Origin: a virus
Strand: one strand, 5' to 3'
DNA: 64,000 bases
Virus record (IMG/VR): IMGVR_UViG_3300029787_000005
Span: 1 to 64,000 of that record
Shown: piece by piece, positions 45,398-55,050 of the stretch
How positions within the stretch are numbered: the first letter of the stretch is position 1
Layout of the letters: the number at the start of each line of letters is the position of its first letter
Position numbers and translations under genes: made by a program
Notes under the pieces: generated by a model
The model's input: only the letters and a program-made list of their open reading frames with translations
Told to the model about the DNA's origin: nothing
Databases searched by the model: none

Positions 45398-47317
45398 TTA
45401 TAGTCCCATACCATAGGCTATCTTAGCGCCTATTTTAGGCATATCCCCATCAGTCTTAACGACGACTACTGGGGTTGATGTGCCTCCTCCACCACCTTCT
45501 TGATTGATTGTGGTGTCACCATCTCTGTTGATTGTAACATTGTTACCACCAGCGGCTGCTTGTTGTATTGCAGCTTGATTAACCATTGCAGCCTTTTGTG
45601 TTGGAGTAGCTGCTGCTAATCTTTGCGCAGCTGGACCAGGAGATGATACTGATGGAATGGAACCTTCAAGAGCCTCAGGACTCATTGAAGTGCTCATTGC
45701 AGCAGGGTCACCCATATCTGAAGTACCACCACCAGCACTCATTGTAGTAGGTTTAGGCTGATTGTAACTTCCTGAAACACCAAGACCTCTTCTTTGTCTT
45801 GCACCTCCAGGCAAATCTCTATTTCTTCTACGTGATGGTGTTGGTTTTGCCGGTGCGCCAGATTGTTCTGATGATGTATCACCCTTAGTTAATGAAAAAG
45901 GATTAATTGCATCTATTGCACTATTAATACCTTTGTTTATTGCTGATGCATCAATTCCTACATTTTCTTTTAATTTAGTTGCAACAGCACTTAATCTATT
46001 AATCACTCCAGCTGGATCAACTGGAGTATCACTCAATAAAAATCTAACTAATAATTCAGCTCCAGCTCTACCAACCATGTCGCCACCATAGTAACCAAGT
46101 ACACCAAAACCAACAGCTCCAACAAAACCTGTGATTGGTGCGGCTATCCCACCGGTGATTGCAGTAAGAACAACAGCACCAATTGCAGCTCCAACCAATC
46201 CAGCAATAGTTCCTGTTAACAAGCCAGCAGCTGTTTCAATTAATGCTTCTCGTTTCTCTTCTAATGATGCAGTGGGGTCTTGTAAAATTGTAAGACTTTC
46301 AAGAGCAGCGAAAAAACCTGAGAGAAGAAGACCAGCTTTACCAAGTTTTGAATTGGTTCCTGTTATTCTTTGCAATTGTTTCAATTTTTTCATAGCTCTG
46401 GCTACTTCTTTTTCTCCTGCAGTTTGCTTGATTGGTTTAACTTGATCAAATTTTTCTACTGGAGCTGCGTTTGCTTTTGCTGCTGCAACTGACTTTGGAG
46501 CAAATTTTTCCAATTCCGGATTTTTTATTTGTTTCCCTTTAAATGAAACACCACCACCTTTAGTGCTATATCCTTTTGGAAGATTCTGTGGCCTACTTTT
46601 AATTTCTTCTAACATTTGAGCTCTGGTTGGACCTCTACCACGTCCACCAGCTGCAGGTTGTCGACCAGCATTAGGACCTATATCATCAACACCACCCATA
46701 CCACCTTTAGGAGTTTTTCTGCCATCTGGTATTGGTTCACCAGGTACTCCACCTTTAGGAGTCTTTGTTTTTTCTAATTCAATTTCTTGTTGTTTAGTTG
46801 CTGATATGAATCTTGTTTGAGCTTTTTCCAATAATTTATTGAATCTTCTTTGCGCAGTTAGAAATCCTGCTGTAGCTCCTGTTATGAGACTCTTTTCAAA
46901 ATCTCTTACATAACCTTGAGCTAATTCTCTAAACGCTGCAATTTCCTCTTCAAATGCTTTTGTTAGACCACTAAAGAATCCTTTGAGAAAGTCTGCAATC
47001 TGTTTTCTAAATGCTACAATCAATCCTAGTAGTGCACCATAATCTAATAATTTATTTCCTGTTGATATTGGTAAGTTTGGAGCCTTATCTATCAAACCTC
47101 CAACACCAGTGCCAGTTGGCTTTGCACCAGCTCTTTCTTTAAGTCCTTCTCTTGCTGCTTCACCAGAAGTTTGACCTGTTCTTTCCCTTTCAGTCAAATC
47201 TTTTGGACCAGATGGTATAGGTTTGACACCACGTAGTCCATCAAGTTTTGAATTGTTTCTTACAAGTTGACCCTTTATTTCTCCAAGGGTTTCATTTACT
47301 GCAGCAAGAGTTGACAT
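45398..47317 (-). CDS. probable baseplate hub/tape-measure-like protein (gp29 position)
   Basis: 639 aa, helical, with a Gly/Ala-rich hydrophobic zipper; downstream of gp26/gp51. Confidence 0.5.
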   Translation of the reverse strand: MSTLAAVNETLGEIKGQLVRNNSKLDGLRGVKPIPSGPKDLTERERTGQTSGEAAREGLKERAGAKPTGTGVGGLIDKAPNLPISTGNKLLDYGALLGLIVAFRKQIADFLKGFFSGLTKAFEEEIAAFRELAQGYVRDFEKSLITGATAGFLTAQRRFNKLLEKAQTRFISATKQQEIELEKTKTPKGGVPGEPIPDGRKTPKGGMGGVDDIGPNAGRQPAAGGRGRGPTRAQMLEEIKSRPQNLPKGYSTKGGGVSFKGKQIKNPELEKFAPKSVAAAKANAAPVEKFDQVKPIKQTAGEKEVARAMKKLKQLQRITGTNSKLGKAGLLLSGFFAALESLTILQDPTASLEEKREALIETAAGLLTGTIAGLVGAAIGAVVLTAITGGIAAPITGFVGAVGFGVLGYYGGDMVGRAGAELLVRFLLSDTPVDPAGVINRLSAVATKLKENVGIDASAINKGINSAIDAINPFSLTKGDTSSEQSGAPAKPTPSRRRNRDLPGGARQRRGLGVSGSYNQPKPTTMSAGGGTSDMGDPAAMSTSMSPEALEGSIPSVSSPGPAAQRLAAATPTQKAAMVNQAAIQQAAAGGNNVTINRDGDTTINQEGGGGGTSTPVVVVKTDGDMPKIGAKIAYGMGL

Positions 47318-47640
47318 TATTTCTTACTCATATATGCTGTCATACCCATATAAGCACCGACCACACCGGCCATACCAATATAGAATAGAGCAGACAAGTC
47401 TCCAAGTAATTTAAGTCTAGTTTCTGGAATGAATCCAGGAATCATTGCAAGTACTGTGAAGATGATCATTGCTGCCATGGCAATCCATGCCATACGTCTT
47501 TGAGCATCTGCTTTTTCTTCTTGCATTTCTATTTCTTCAATTTTGGCTATAGCAGCCATCTCTTCATCAGTCACAACACCATCTCCATCTAAGTCATACT
47601 TATTGTACTCTGAGTTTGATTGTAGCTTCTTTTGTACCAT
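47317..47640 (-). CDS. membrane protein with EF-hand-like DxDxDG motif
   Basis: DLDGDGVVTDEE followed by two TM helices. Confidence 0.7.
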   Translation of the reverse strand: MVQKKLQSNSEYNKYDLDGDGVVTDEEMAAIAKIEEIEMQEEKADAQRRMAWIAMAAMIIFTVLAMIPGFIPETRLKLLGDLSALFYIGMAGVVGAYMGMTAYMSKK

Positions 47641-47641
47641 G

Positions 47642-47803
47642 TTACTCTTCTTTCTGCGACTCTATGTATTCCAATAACATATCAACATACAAATCACGTT
47701 CAAAGGGATAACAATTCTCTAGTTCTTTTATACTGTATTTATGGTGCTGAACCATACTGAACATTGTCTGGTAGTAATTAGCCAGATTAGTATGGGACAG
47801 CAC
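47642..47803 (-). CDS. baseplate hub assembly catalyst gp51
   Basis: L.NYY...F.M.QHHKYS..ELEN..PFER..YV.ML, read by hand; follows gp26. Confidence 0.85.
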   Translation of the reverse strand: MLSHTNLANYYQTMFSMVQHHKYSIKELENCYPFERDLYVDMLLEYIESQKEE

Positions 47804-47805
47804 TA

Positions 47806-48504
47806 CTAGAAAAAATCATTTAGACCTTTCAATACAGTCTTTTTATTCTTATTCTTTCCATTCTTTTTAATTTTATAATCTACTTCCATTTCTACTGATG
47901 GTAGACTTGTTAAGAAGTTTTGTATGTTTTGAAATGCTTCTGCTGGAAGAGAGTTAATAAACTCTGTTTGTTCTTCTTCTGAGAAATCTTTCAGCTCATA
48001 AACTTCTTCACCTTCGTAAATTTTTTCAATTACTCTCGTAACCATGTCTATTGATTCTGACATTTGATCATTATCACCTAATACCAACAAATCTGTAAAA
48101 GAAGGAGGTCTCAGTTGTAATTTTACATCATCATTTACATCTATAATGTTGGTTGGTATCTCCCCAGAACATTCTACCTTATCAAGGTCAACTTCTATTT
48201 GAACATAGTCTTCTGTCTCATCATCCCAAACTTGTATCTTTGCAAGAGTGGAAACGCTGCTAGCTCTGAGTTTCAAAAACATATATTCAATATCAAAACT
48301 TGCTAGCTTATCAACACTATAATCCATCGTACAATTGTTAAGTACTTGTATCATAGCTTTTATAAACTCATCTGGTTGTCCTGTTTGTTGTGCAACCAAT
48401 AGAATCTTTTCTTCTTTGACCAAGAATGGTCTGTATCTAATTTCTTCTTTCGTCGACGGTATTGTCAATCCAAAAGTAGGGTGTTGAATAATTGGTAACC
48501 CCAT
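47806..48504 (-). CDS. baseplate hub subunit gp26
   Basis: LP....P...L.IPST...I.YRPFLVKEEKILL, FD.EY.FL.LR..SV, L.GL.DFF. Confidence 0.92.
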   Translation of the reverse strand: MGLPIIQHPTFGLTIPSTKEEIRYRPFLVKEEKILLVAQQTGQPDEFIKAMIQVLNNCTMDYSVDKLASFDIEYMFLKLRASSVSTLAKIQVWDDETEDYVQIEVDLDKVECSGEIPTNIIDVNDDVKLQLRPPSFTDLLVLGDNDQMSESIDMVTRVIEKIYEGEEVYELKDFSEEEQTEFINSLPAEAFQNIQNFLTSLPSVEMEVDYKIKKNGKNKNKKTVLKGLNDFF

Positions 48505-48519
48505 AGTGTATCCTCCATA

Positions 48520-49365
48520 TTAAAATAACTTGAACGTGCTGTTCACAGCTCCTAATGCTAGTCCAACTCGAGAAGCATTACTCAAGTTTGGATTCAGTAG
48601 ATCATTGATTCCAAATCCTTGAAATCTACTATTGTTTAATCTTGATACTACTCCTAAACCATTCTTCAAAAGTCCCAAGAAACCTCTACCACTACCTGGT
48701 ACTGCTGTCTCAATAGTGTTTAGTGTATAATATCTATATGTAAAGTTAACTGCTACTGATGCAAACGAATCATTCTCAGCCCAAGCTAGTGATACATCAC
48801 CTATTTGCATTGGAAAGCATTCGTGTAATGTGTATTCCAAAAATCTTTGTTGCGCATCATCAAACCAAGCAATTTGTACTGTGGAAATGTATTCAGACCT
48901 GAAACGTATGTTGAATGTTGGTGTTCCTCCTGGACTGCTTCCTTCACCACCATTTCTTGCGTCAGTGTAAAATATGTTATCAAGCCACGAGTTGAAGTAT
49001 GTTAATGGCTCTCCATTTGTTCCAACAAAAAATGTTAAGCTGACATCTGGATTAACTGCACCAGATACCCTTCTATCTAACGTACCGTATCCTAATCTTT
49101 TGTGATCAACAGGTATGATTTGCTTGCCTGGTAATGTTGCTGAGCTACAAAGTAGTGGCTGTGGTCCTGCTCCTACTAATGCTCTAGGTGGATTGACTGT
49201 AGCAAGGAATAGAGGAGGTCTAGCTAGACCGCCCATTGAGTTTATATCAGAACGTATCTTACCTACGTTGAATGTTTGTTGGCCTCCATCAGCACCAATG
49301 CCAAGAAAGCCTTCAAACTGACTAATGCCAGTTCCTATCCTGTTAATTAAATCTGTTATTGCCAT
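48520..49365 (-). CDS. tail-tube-like protein (gp54/gp19-like)
   Basis: GLARP..F, C...LPG, F..W...I, L..CFP..I....L.W, V.F.Y. Confidence 0.7.
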   Translation of the reverse strand: MAITDLINRIGTGISQFEGFLGIGADGGQQTFNVGKIRSDINSMGGLARPPLFLATVNPPRALVGAGPQPLLCSSATLPGKQIIPVDHKRLGYGTLDRRVSGAVNPDVSLTFFVGTNGEPLTYFNSWLDNIFYTDARNGGEGSSPGGTPTFNIRFRSEYISTVQIAWFDDAQQRFLEYTLHECFPMQIGDVSLAWAENDSFASVAVNFTYRYYTLNTIETAVPGSGRGFLGLLKNGLGVVSRLNNSRFQGFGINDLLNPNLSNASRVGLALGAVNSTFKLF

Positions 49366-49941
49366 TTAGTACTTACCAATTGAATCTGCGTATACTGAAG
49401 CTTTGCTTGCTTTTGCAAACCGTTCTGTTGGTAAAAACACAGCAATATTCCATTCTTCAGGGTATACCGTTACAAAACGAGACTTTACATGATTATTTAG
49501 ATACCTTTTTACACAAGGCTTGAAGTATCTTAAACGTGATGCTCTTTTGAGTGTTTGGTAACTTATTTTCAATCTACTGCCAGGAGTCATGTTTTCATTG
49601 TCAATAAGTGGCCACAAACCATCCATCAACTTAGCTCTAGCTAGAGGAGGAAGATAATGTAGATTTAATCCCATGAATCCTCCTGGAGCACTATCAAATG
49701 GAAAGACTAATGGAAATCTATCGTAGTATGGTAGTTTATCTTTTGTTTTTGGATCATAATTAAACATATACATACGGCCTGGCTGTACACTATCAGTTTG
49801 TCTTTGTCTATCACCAGTTAGAATCCTATTTGTAGTTACAGTTGTCACATTATCTTGCATCCATGATCTTGCATCAGCAACATTGTTCCTGATACTCATT
49901 GGAGCTTTAGACAACAAATCTTGAAATATATAACTTGCCAT
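49366..49941 (-). CDS. DNA end protector protein gp2
   Basis: G.MY.F.YDPK.K..LPYYD.FPL, GLNLHYL, CVKRYL..HV, LP.E.F. Confidence 0.92.
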   Translation of the reverse strand: MASYIFQDLLSKAPMSIRNNVADARSWMQDNVTTVTTNRILTGDRQRQTDSVQPGRMYMFNYDPKTKDKLPYYDRFPLVFPFDSAPGGFMGLNLHYLPPLARAKLMDGLWPLIDNENMTPGSRLKISYQTLKRASRLRYFKPCVKRYLNNHVKSRFVTVYPEEWNIAVFLPTERFAKASKASVYADSIGKY

Positions 49942-50240
49942 TATTGATATACGCTAGCTTTAAGATATTCCAATTCAGTACGCATGATATCCATCTTCTT
50001 TTCTAATTCTCTAACAGACTTAACTGTTTCTTGTACAGCTTCTGGTGGTTTAAAGTTATCAATCCAGTTATCATTCTCTTCAATCTCTACTGCCATCATC
50101 TGCGTATTGTGTTCCAACATTGACAGCCTTTCTTCAATTCCAAAGTATCCCCACACTGCAATACCTGTTACAGCAATCATAGCTATAAGATTCTTTAATG
50201 GTATAGTAAATTCACTACCTTCGTTTAATTTGTTTGCCAT
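49941..50240 (-). CDS. membrane-anchored coiled-coil protein
   Basis: One TM helix followed by a coiled coil. Confidence 0.7.
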   Translation of the reverse strand: MANKLNEGSEFTIPLKNLIAMIAVTGIAVWGYFGIEERLSMLEHNTQMMAVEIEENDNWIDNFKPPEAVQETVKSVRELEKKMDIMRTELEYLKASVYQ

Positions 50241-50683
50241 CAGACACCTAAATCTTTCTCGGTCATTATCTTAAACTCCCATTTCCTATCTCTACAGTAA
50301 GCATAAGCAGCCTTCCACTTAGCTTCGTTTATACCGTATGTTTTTACTTCGTTAAGATATCTTCTACTTGGTCTTCCTGACTTTGTGTTATTCTTTTTCT
50401 TAGGATCTGGTGGTTTCGTTTGAGCTGCTGGCTTAACTTCAATAATTACACATCTTCCGTTCTTTTTCTTTATCCAGAAATCTGGATAGTATCTGTGTCT
50501 TTTACCATCTATTGGACTTTTGTATGGTATGCAAAACTCTTCACTAGCCCACTTAACGATGTCAGAATGTTCATCTAAATAGATCATAAGTTTGAGTTCC
50601 CACGAACTTCTATAAATAATGTTAGTGGGGTCTCCGTTATATTTATGTGGATTTGTTGGACGGAATTTGCCTTTATAACTCAT
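50240..50683 (-). CDS. head completion protein gp4
   Basis: YKG.F.P.NP.KY.GD..NI.YRS.WE, W.SEE..IPY, RY.PDF, EVKP, N.AKW. Confidence 0.95.
   Translation of the reverse strand: MSYKGKFRPTNPHKYNGDPTNIIYRSSWELKLMIYLDEHSDIVKWASEEFCIPYKSPIDGKRHRYYPDFWIKKKNGRCVIIEVKPAAQTKPPDPKKKNNTKSGRPSRRYLNEVKTYGINEAKWKAAYAYCRDRKWEFKIMTEKDLGV
50611..50618 (+). promoter_or_regulatory. T4-type late promoter for baseplate operon
   Basis: TATAAATA ~80 bp upstream of gp48. Confidence 0.6.
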
Positions 50684-50695
50684 AGGAATATTTAG

Positions 50696-51730
50696 ATGAC
50701 CAATATATTACAAGGAGCTGGAGGATCCAGAGACCCTGTTGGTGTTCAAAGTAGAGCCAGAACACAGAATCAATTGATGGCTGCAAAGAAAGCTGGCTTC
50801 TCCCAAACTGATCAAGGCTTCACATTCCCGTCAGACTTGTCTGCTGATTATTGTTTTCAAATGGCAATGGTTGAGTTTGAGTATGCTTCTAAGGGTCAAG
50901 GAGGTGCCACTAGTGGTGTCCCTGATCAAATTTCTGGTAGTGGTAATCAAACAGTTTTAAGAAAAGTAGGACGAAATTATTTTTTGCCTGTACCAACTAG
51001 TATGAAAGATACCCAAGGAGTTGATTACAGCACTATGGAACTTGGTGCAATTGGTGGTAAGCTAGCTGGAAAAGTAGATGAAATAGCTCAAAAATTAGGT
51101 GCTGCTACTACTGTGGAAGAGGCAGGAAGAATTTTAGGTAGAGCAGTTGGTGAAGGAGCAAAAACATTATCTAATGCTAAACCAGCAGACGCAATTGGAG
51201 CTGTACAATCTATAGTAGGAACCAACAATAGAGTTGGTGCCGTAGCTGGAGCAATACTTGGTCAAGTACCAAATCCTCATGTAACAGCTTTCTTCAAAGG
51301 AGTAAAACTAAAAAATTATACTTTTGATTGGCAACTATGGCCACAATCAGCTGAAGAGACTCTTACCATTGAGAAAATGATCAATTCTTTGAAATCAGAT
51401 ATATTACCAAAAACAGGAGATGGTTCTCTTGGATTAACTTTAAAATATCCTAAAGAAGCACATTGCCGTATCCATACACTAAATGGTAATCAAAGTCATA
51501 TAAATTTTAAACCTGCATTTGTTACAGATGTTAGTGTTGATTATACACCACAAGGACCTGCATTCTTAGAGAACGGACATCCTGCTGGTATAGGACTATC
51601 AATTAGCTTACAAGAAACTTCTATATGGTTGTCAACTGACTATCCTGATAATGGATTAAATTTAAGCGAAGGTGCAAGTAACGCAGCTAGGATTGTTAAG
51701 TCCCAAGGTTTACAAGGATCGGTGGGCTAA
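50696..51730 (+). CDS. baseplate tail-tube cap gp48
   Basis: LP.P....D..V.Y, NP....F.GV.L..Y.F.W.L.P.S..E, L.YP, V.VDYTP, L..QE. Confidence 0.8.
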   Translation: MTNILQGAGGSRDPVGVQSRARTQNQLMAAKKAGFSQTDQGFTFPSDLSADYCFQMAMVEFEYASKGQGGATSGVPDQISGSGNQTVLRKVGRNYFLPVPTSMKDTQGVDYSTMELGAIGGKLAGKVDEIAQKLGAATTVEEAGRILGRAVGEGAKTLSNAKPADAIGAVQSIVGTNNRVGAVAGAILGQVPNPHVTAFFKGVKLKNYTFDWQLWPQSAEETLTIEKMINSLKSDILPKTGDGSLGLTLKYPKEAHCRIHTLNGNQSHINFKPAFVTDVSVDYTPQGPAFLENGHPAGIGLSISLQETSIWLSTDYPDNGLNLSEGASNAARIVKSQGLQGSVG

Positions 51731-52242
51731 TGGCACTTAATAAACTTCCATTGACAACATTCCAGAATCAAACTATAAGAGATATCACAAAAGGATATAA
51801 ACTTATAGAGTTGATACCAAGTCAATTTGGATTGAACAATTATGAAATCCAAGATGGCGAAAGACCAGACACCGTATCATTCTTTGCATATGATGATTCA
51901 TCTCTATCTTGGTTGGTGTTATTACCAAACGTACAACTTGATCCATATTATGAGTGGCCTCTTTCTACAAGAGAGTTTGAAAAACATATGGAAGCAAAGT
52001 ATGGATCAGTAGCTACTAGCCAATCAACTATATTGTTCTATGAACATCAAACAAAAGATATTACTATATCAACAGATACATACAATCATGCAGGATTTTA
52101 TAGTGAAATAACAGCTGGAGACTTCACAGGAGTCTCTGCATATAGTTATTTTGAGAGAGTTAACGACAACAAAAGACACATAAAATTAGTACCACCAAGT
52201 ATGGTGAGTAGAGTTCTAACCCAATTGGATAGGTTATTTTAA
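51730..52242 (+). CDS. baseplate wedge subunit gp53
   Basis: Y.I.DGERPD..S...Y......W.VLL.N...DP..EWPL. Confidence 0.85.
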   Translation: MALNKLPLTTFQNQTIRDITKGYKLIELIPSQFGLNNYEIQDGERPDTVSFFAYDDSSLSWLVLLPNVQLDPYYEWPLSTREFEKHMEAKYGSVATSQSTILFYEHQTKDITISTDTYNHAGFYSEITAGDFTGVSAYSYFERVNDNKRHIKLVPPSMVSRVLTQLDRLF

Positions 52243-52270
52243 TGTGGCCTTATACTGACGAAGAAGAAGA

Positions 52271-53608
52271 ATGGCTAAACTAGGTAATCTAGTTATTGAT
52301 AACTTACATCTTGTTACATTAAATAAAGATGGAAGTATTAAAGCTGGACCAGTAGAATTATTTACTAAGATTGTATCAGCAGTCTTGACCCAAAGTTTGT
52401 TTGAGAGTTCTATTACTCTCACGCTCACTATCAGTGAAGCTACAGGAATGCTAACAAGGTTCAATAAGAAAGGCATTCTTGGCCAAGAGTTTGTTATACT
52501 TACAGCTCGTAATGATCATGCAAACGATAGACCAATAAATCTTCAATTTTATGTACGATCAGCAAAAAATGCTGAGTTGTCTACACAAGGTCAAAGTGTT
52601 TTGATGACATTGGAATGTGTAACAAAAGAATCTTTAATAGATTCATACACTAGTGTTAATCAATCATTCAATAAAACATATTCTAAGACAGTAGAGTCTA
52701 TATGGGACAGATATATAACTAAAAGTCCAAAGCAAGAATTTTTTAAGAATACACCACTAACACCATTTGATAAAAGAACAATTGAAGTACATGATACACA
52801 ACAAGTTATAAACTCTTTTATTATACCAGGAAGAAGTCCTTTTGGTGCTATTGATATGTGTGGTAGAAGAGCTCATGATTTTACATTTGGTGGTAGTATG
52901 TTTTTATTTTATGAAACTATAAATGGATACTATTTTCACAATATTGAAAAGTTAATTAATGATCAAAATGAGTTATTAGAATCAGAACCACAGCTCAGAT
53001 CATATAGATGGAGTCCTTTGGATGATTCTAGTGAAGGTGTTATTGATGAAATAAAGAAAATTAGGTCACTAGATGAGTTAAAACTTCCTGATCAACACCT
53101 ATTGGGTGCAACAGGATCACTTAGAAACACTGCGAGAGCGCTTGATGTTGTGGGTAAGACTTATAGAGATGTTGCCTTTGACTACCAGGAAAAAACCAGA
53201 GGAGCATATCAACTTGTGGATCCTGCTGGTGATACTTTTATTGATGATGACTTTCATGATATGTTTGTGGAAGATACGTATGAGTTCCTAATAGTCAAAG
53301 ATACAACAAAGAGAAACCAATTTTATGAACACGTTGTCAGTCAACGTATGCCATTTGTACATCATTTAATGTCTCAACAATTGAATGTTACATTAACTGG
53401 TGACATTACATTAGTACCTGGTGAAATGGTTGATCTCCAAATACCAGAACAGTCTGCATACAAGGGTGACAAACAAACAGATGTACCTTCCAATAGACTT
53501 GGTGGTAGATGGATGATAGCATCTGTTAAACAAATATTTGATGCACAAGAAAGCCATACTACTGTACTATCTTGTATGAAAAATTCTGGTGTTCCAGGAG
53601 AAAAATAA
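52271..53608 (+). CDS. baseplate hub protein (gp27-like)
   Basis: Located between gp53 and gp5; F.FYET..G..F, G...L..G..V.L.IP, GRW.I..V.Q.F. Confidence 0.65.
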   Translation: MAKLGNLVIDNLHLVTLNKDGSIKAGPVELFTKIVSAVLTQSLFESSITLTLTISEATGMLTRFNKKGILGQEFVILTARNDHANDRPINLQFYVRSAKNAELSTQGQSVLMTLECVTKESLIDSYTSVNQSFNKTYSKTVESIWDRYITKSPKQEFFKNTPLTPFDKRTIEVHDTQQVINSFIIPGRSPFGAIDMCGRRAHDFTFGGSMFLFYETINGYYFHNIEKLINDQNELLESEPQLRSYRWSPLDDSSEGVIDEIKKIRSLDELKLPDQHLLGATGSLRNTARALDVVGKTYRDVAFDYQEKTRGAYQLVDPAGDTFIDDDFHDMFVEDTYEFLIVKDTTKRNQFYEHVVSQRMPFVHHLMSQQLNVTLTGDITLVPGEMVDLQIPEQSAYKGDKQTDVPSNRLGGRWMIASVKQIFDAQESHTTVLSCMKNSGVPGEK

Positions 53609-55050
53609 TGTCATTAAACTCAGCTGAAGCATTGATTAATGTCCAACATTTTATTGGTGTTGTTGAAAATAGAAATGATCCATTGAATATTGGCCGTTGT
53701 CAAGTTAGAGTTTATGGTGTACACACTGAAGATAAAGTAGATATTCCAACAGCTGACTTGCCTTGGGCAATGCCAGTAATGCCATACAACAGTGCATCTA
53801 TAAGTGGAGTTGGTATAAGTCCAACGGGTCCTGTTGAAGGTACATGGGTGTTTGGTATGTTCATTGATGGTGTTGAATTACAACAACCAATCATACTTGG
53901 TACATTAGTAGGTATACCAAAAGAAAAGATTGCATCTAATCTTGGGTTTGGTGATCCAAGAGGAGTATATCCAAAAGAAAAATATCTTAGGCAAAGTGAT
54001 GTTAACAAGCTAGCTAGAGGTCCTATGGCTGAAGGTGAAGAGTCTTTAGCTGTAAAAAATAGAGATAGAGTCACTCAAATACCAACAGCAGTACCTCCTA
54101 TAGCAGAAACAGTTAGAAAACTAGATGGACCAAAGATTCCAACTAGTGATAAGCACAATGCTGGCAATCCAGGAGACTTTTACTATAGAAACCATTGGAA
54201 TGAACCATTTCCAAGATATGGTGGACAAGAAGATGGTGATACATGTTTCCTAGATGATACAAGCAATGGACAAATATGGGAAGGTAGGACTGGAGAGAAG
54301 CCACCTAATCAATCAGCATATCCATATAATCACACATATACATCTGAATCTGGTCATGTTATGGAGTATGATGACACACCAGGAAGTGAAAGAATTCATC
54401 AGTATCATACTAAAGGTAGTTTTTATGAGATACAACCAGATGGTTCAAGAGTTACAAAGATAGTTGGTGATGATTATGAAATGTTTCTTAAAGGAAAGAA
54501 TGTTGTAGTTGATGGCAACATGAACCTCACTGTAAGAGGTGATGTAAGATTACTTGTTGAGAAGAATATGTATCAAGAAGTCAGGGGTGATTATCATCTT
54601 CGTGTTGATGGAGATATGGTTACCAAGATCAGAGGTAATGAACAAAAAGAAATTCAAACAAGTAAATCAACACAGATCAATGAGAATAGAAGTTTGAGAA
54701 TTGGTGGTAATGAGGACAGTACTATCGATGGTAGTACCAGAGAAAAGTTCAAAGGTGACATGTATCAAGTATACTCAAACAATGTTACAATGACAATCAA
54801 AGGCTTTGAGAGACATCTTATCACTAATGGATCGTTTACAATGTATACAAGTGGTAACACAAACATTATGACTGATTCAAACTTTACTGTTAAGACTACT
54901 TCTAATGTTAACATTCATACAGAAGATAATCTAAACATGGATGCTACTTCTAATGTTACTATTGATACTCCAGCACAGTTTCTTGTAGGTACAAGCACTA
55001 CCCCAGCTAACACATTTATTAAATCAACCAGGATTGATCTAAATGAATAA
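53608..55050 (+). CDS. baseplate hub/spike gp5 (no lysozyme domain)
   Basis: OB-fold GVVE.R.DPL..GR..VR..G.H, LPWA, G.WV.G.F.DG; YPYN...SESGH..E.DDTPG.ERI; C-terminal beta-helix repeats. Confidence 0.92.
   Translation: MSLNSAEALINVQHFIGVVENRNDPLNIGRCQVRVYGVHTEDKVDIPTADLPWAMPVMPYNSASISGVGISPTGPVEGTWVFGMFIDGVELQQPIILGTLVGIPKEKIASNLGFGDPRGVYPKEKYLRQSDVNKLARGPMAEGEESLAVKNRDRVTQIPTAVPPIAETVRKLDGPKIPTSDKHNAGNPGDFYYRNHWNEPFPRYGGQEDGDTCFLDDTSNGQIWEGRTGEKPPNQSAYPYNHTYTSESGHVMEYDDTPGSERIHQYHTKGSFYEIQPDGSRVTKIVGDDYEMFLKGKNVVVDGNMNLTVRGDVRLLVEKNMYQEVRGDYHLRVDGDMVTKIRGNEQKEIQTSKSTQINENRSLRIGGNEDSTIDGSTREKFKGDMYQVYSNNVTMTIKGFERHLITNGSFTMYTSGNTNIMTDSNFTVKTTSNVNIHTEDNLNMDATSNVTIDTPAQFLVGTSTTPANTFIKSTRIDLNE

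Noticed and set aside
50240-50683. TnsA-like endonuclease suggesting a Tn7 element
   Set aside because: Sequence and position (beside gp2 and gp48) identify it as T4 gp4 head completion protein; no tnsB/C
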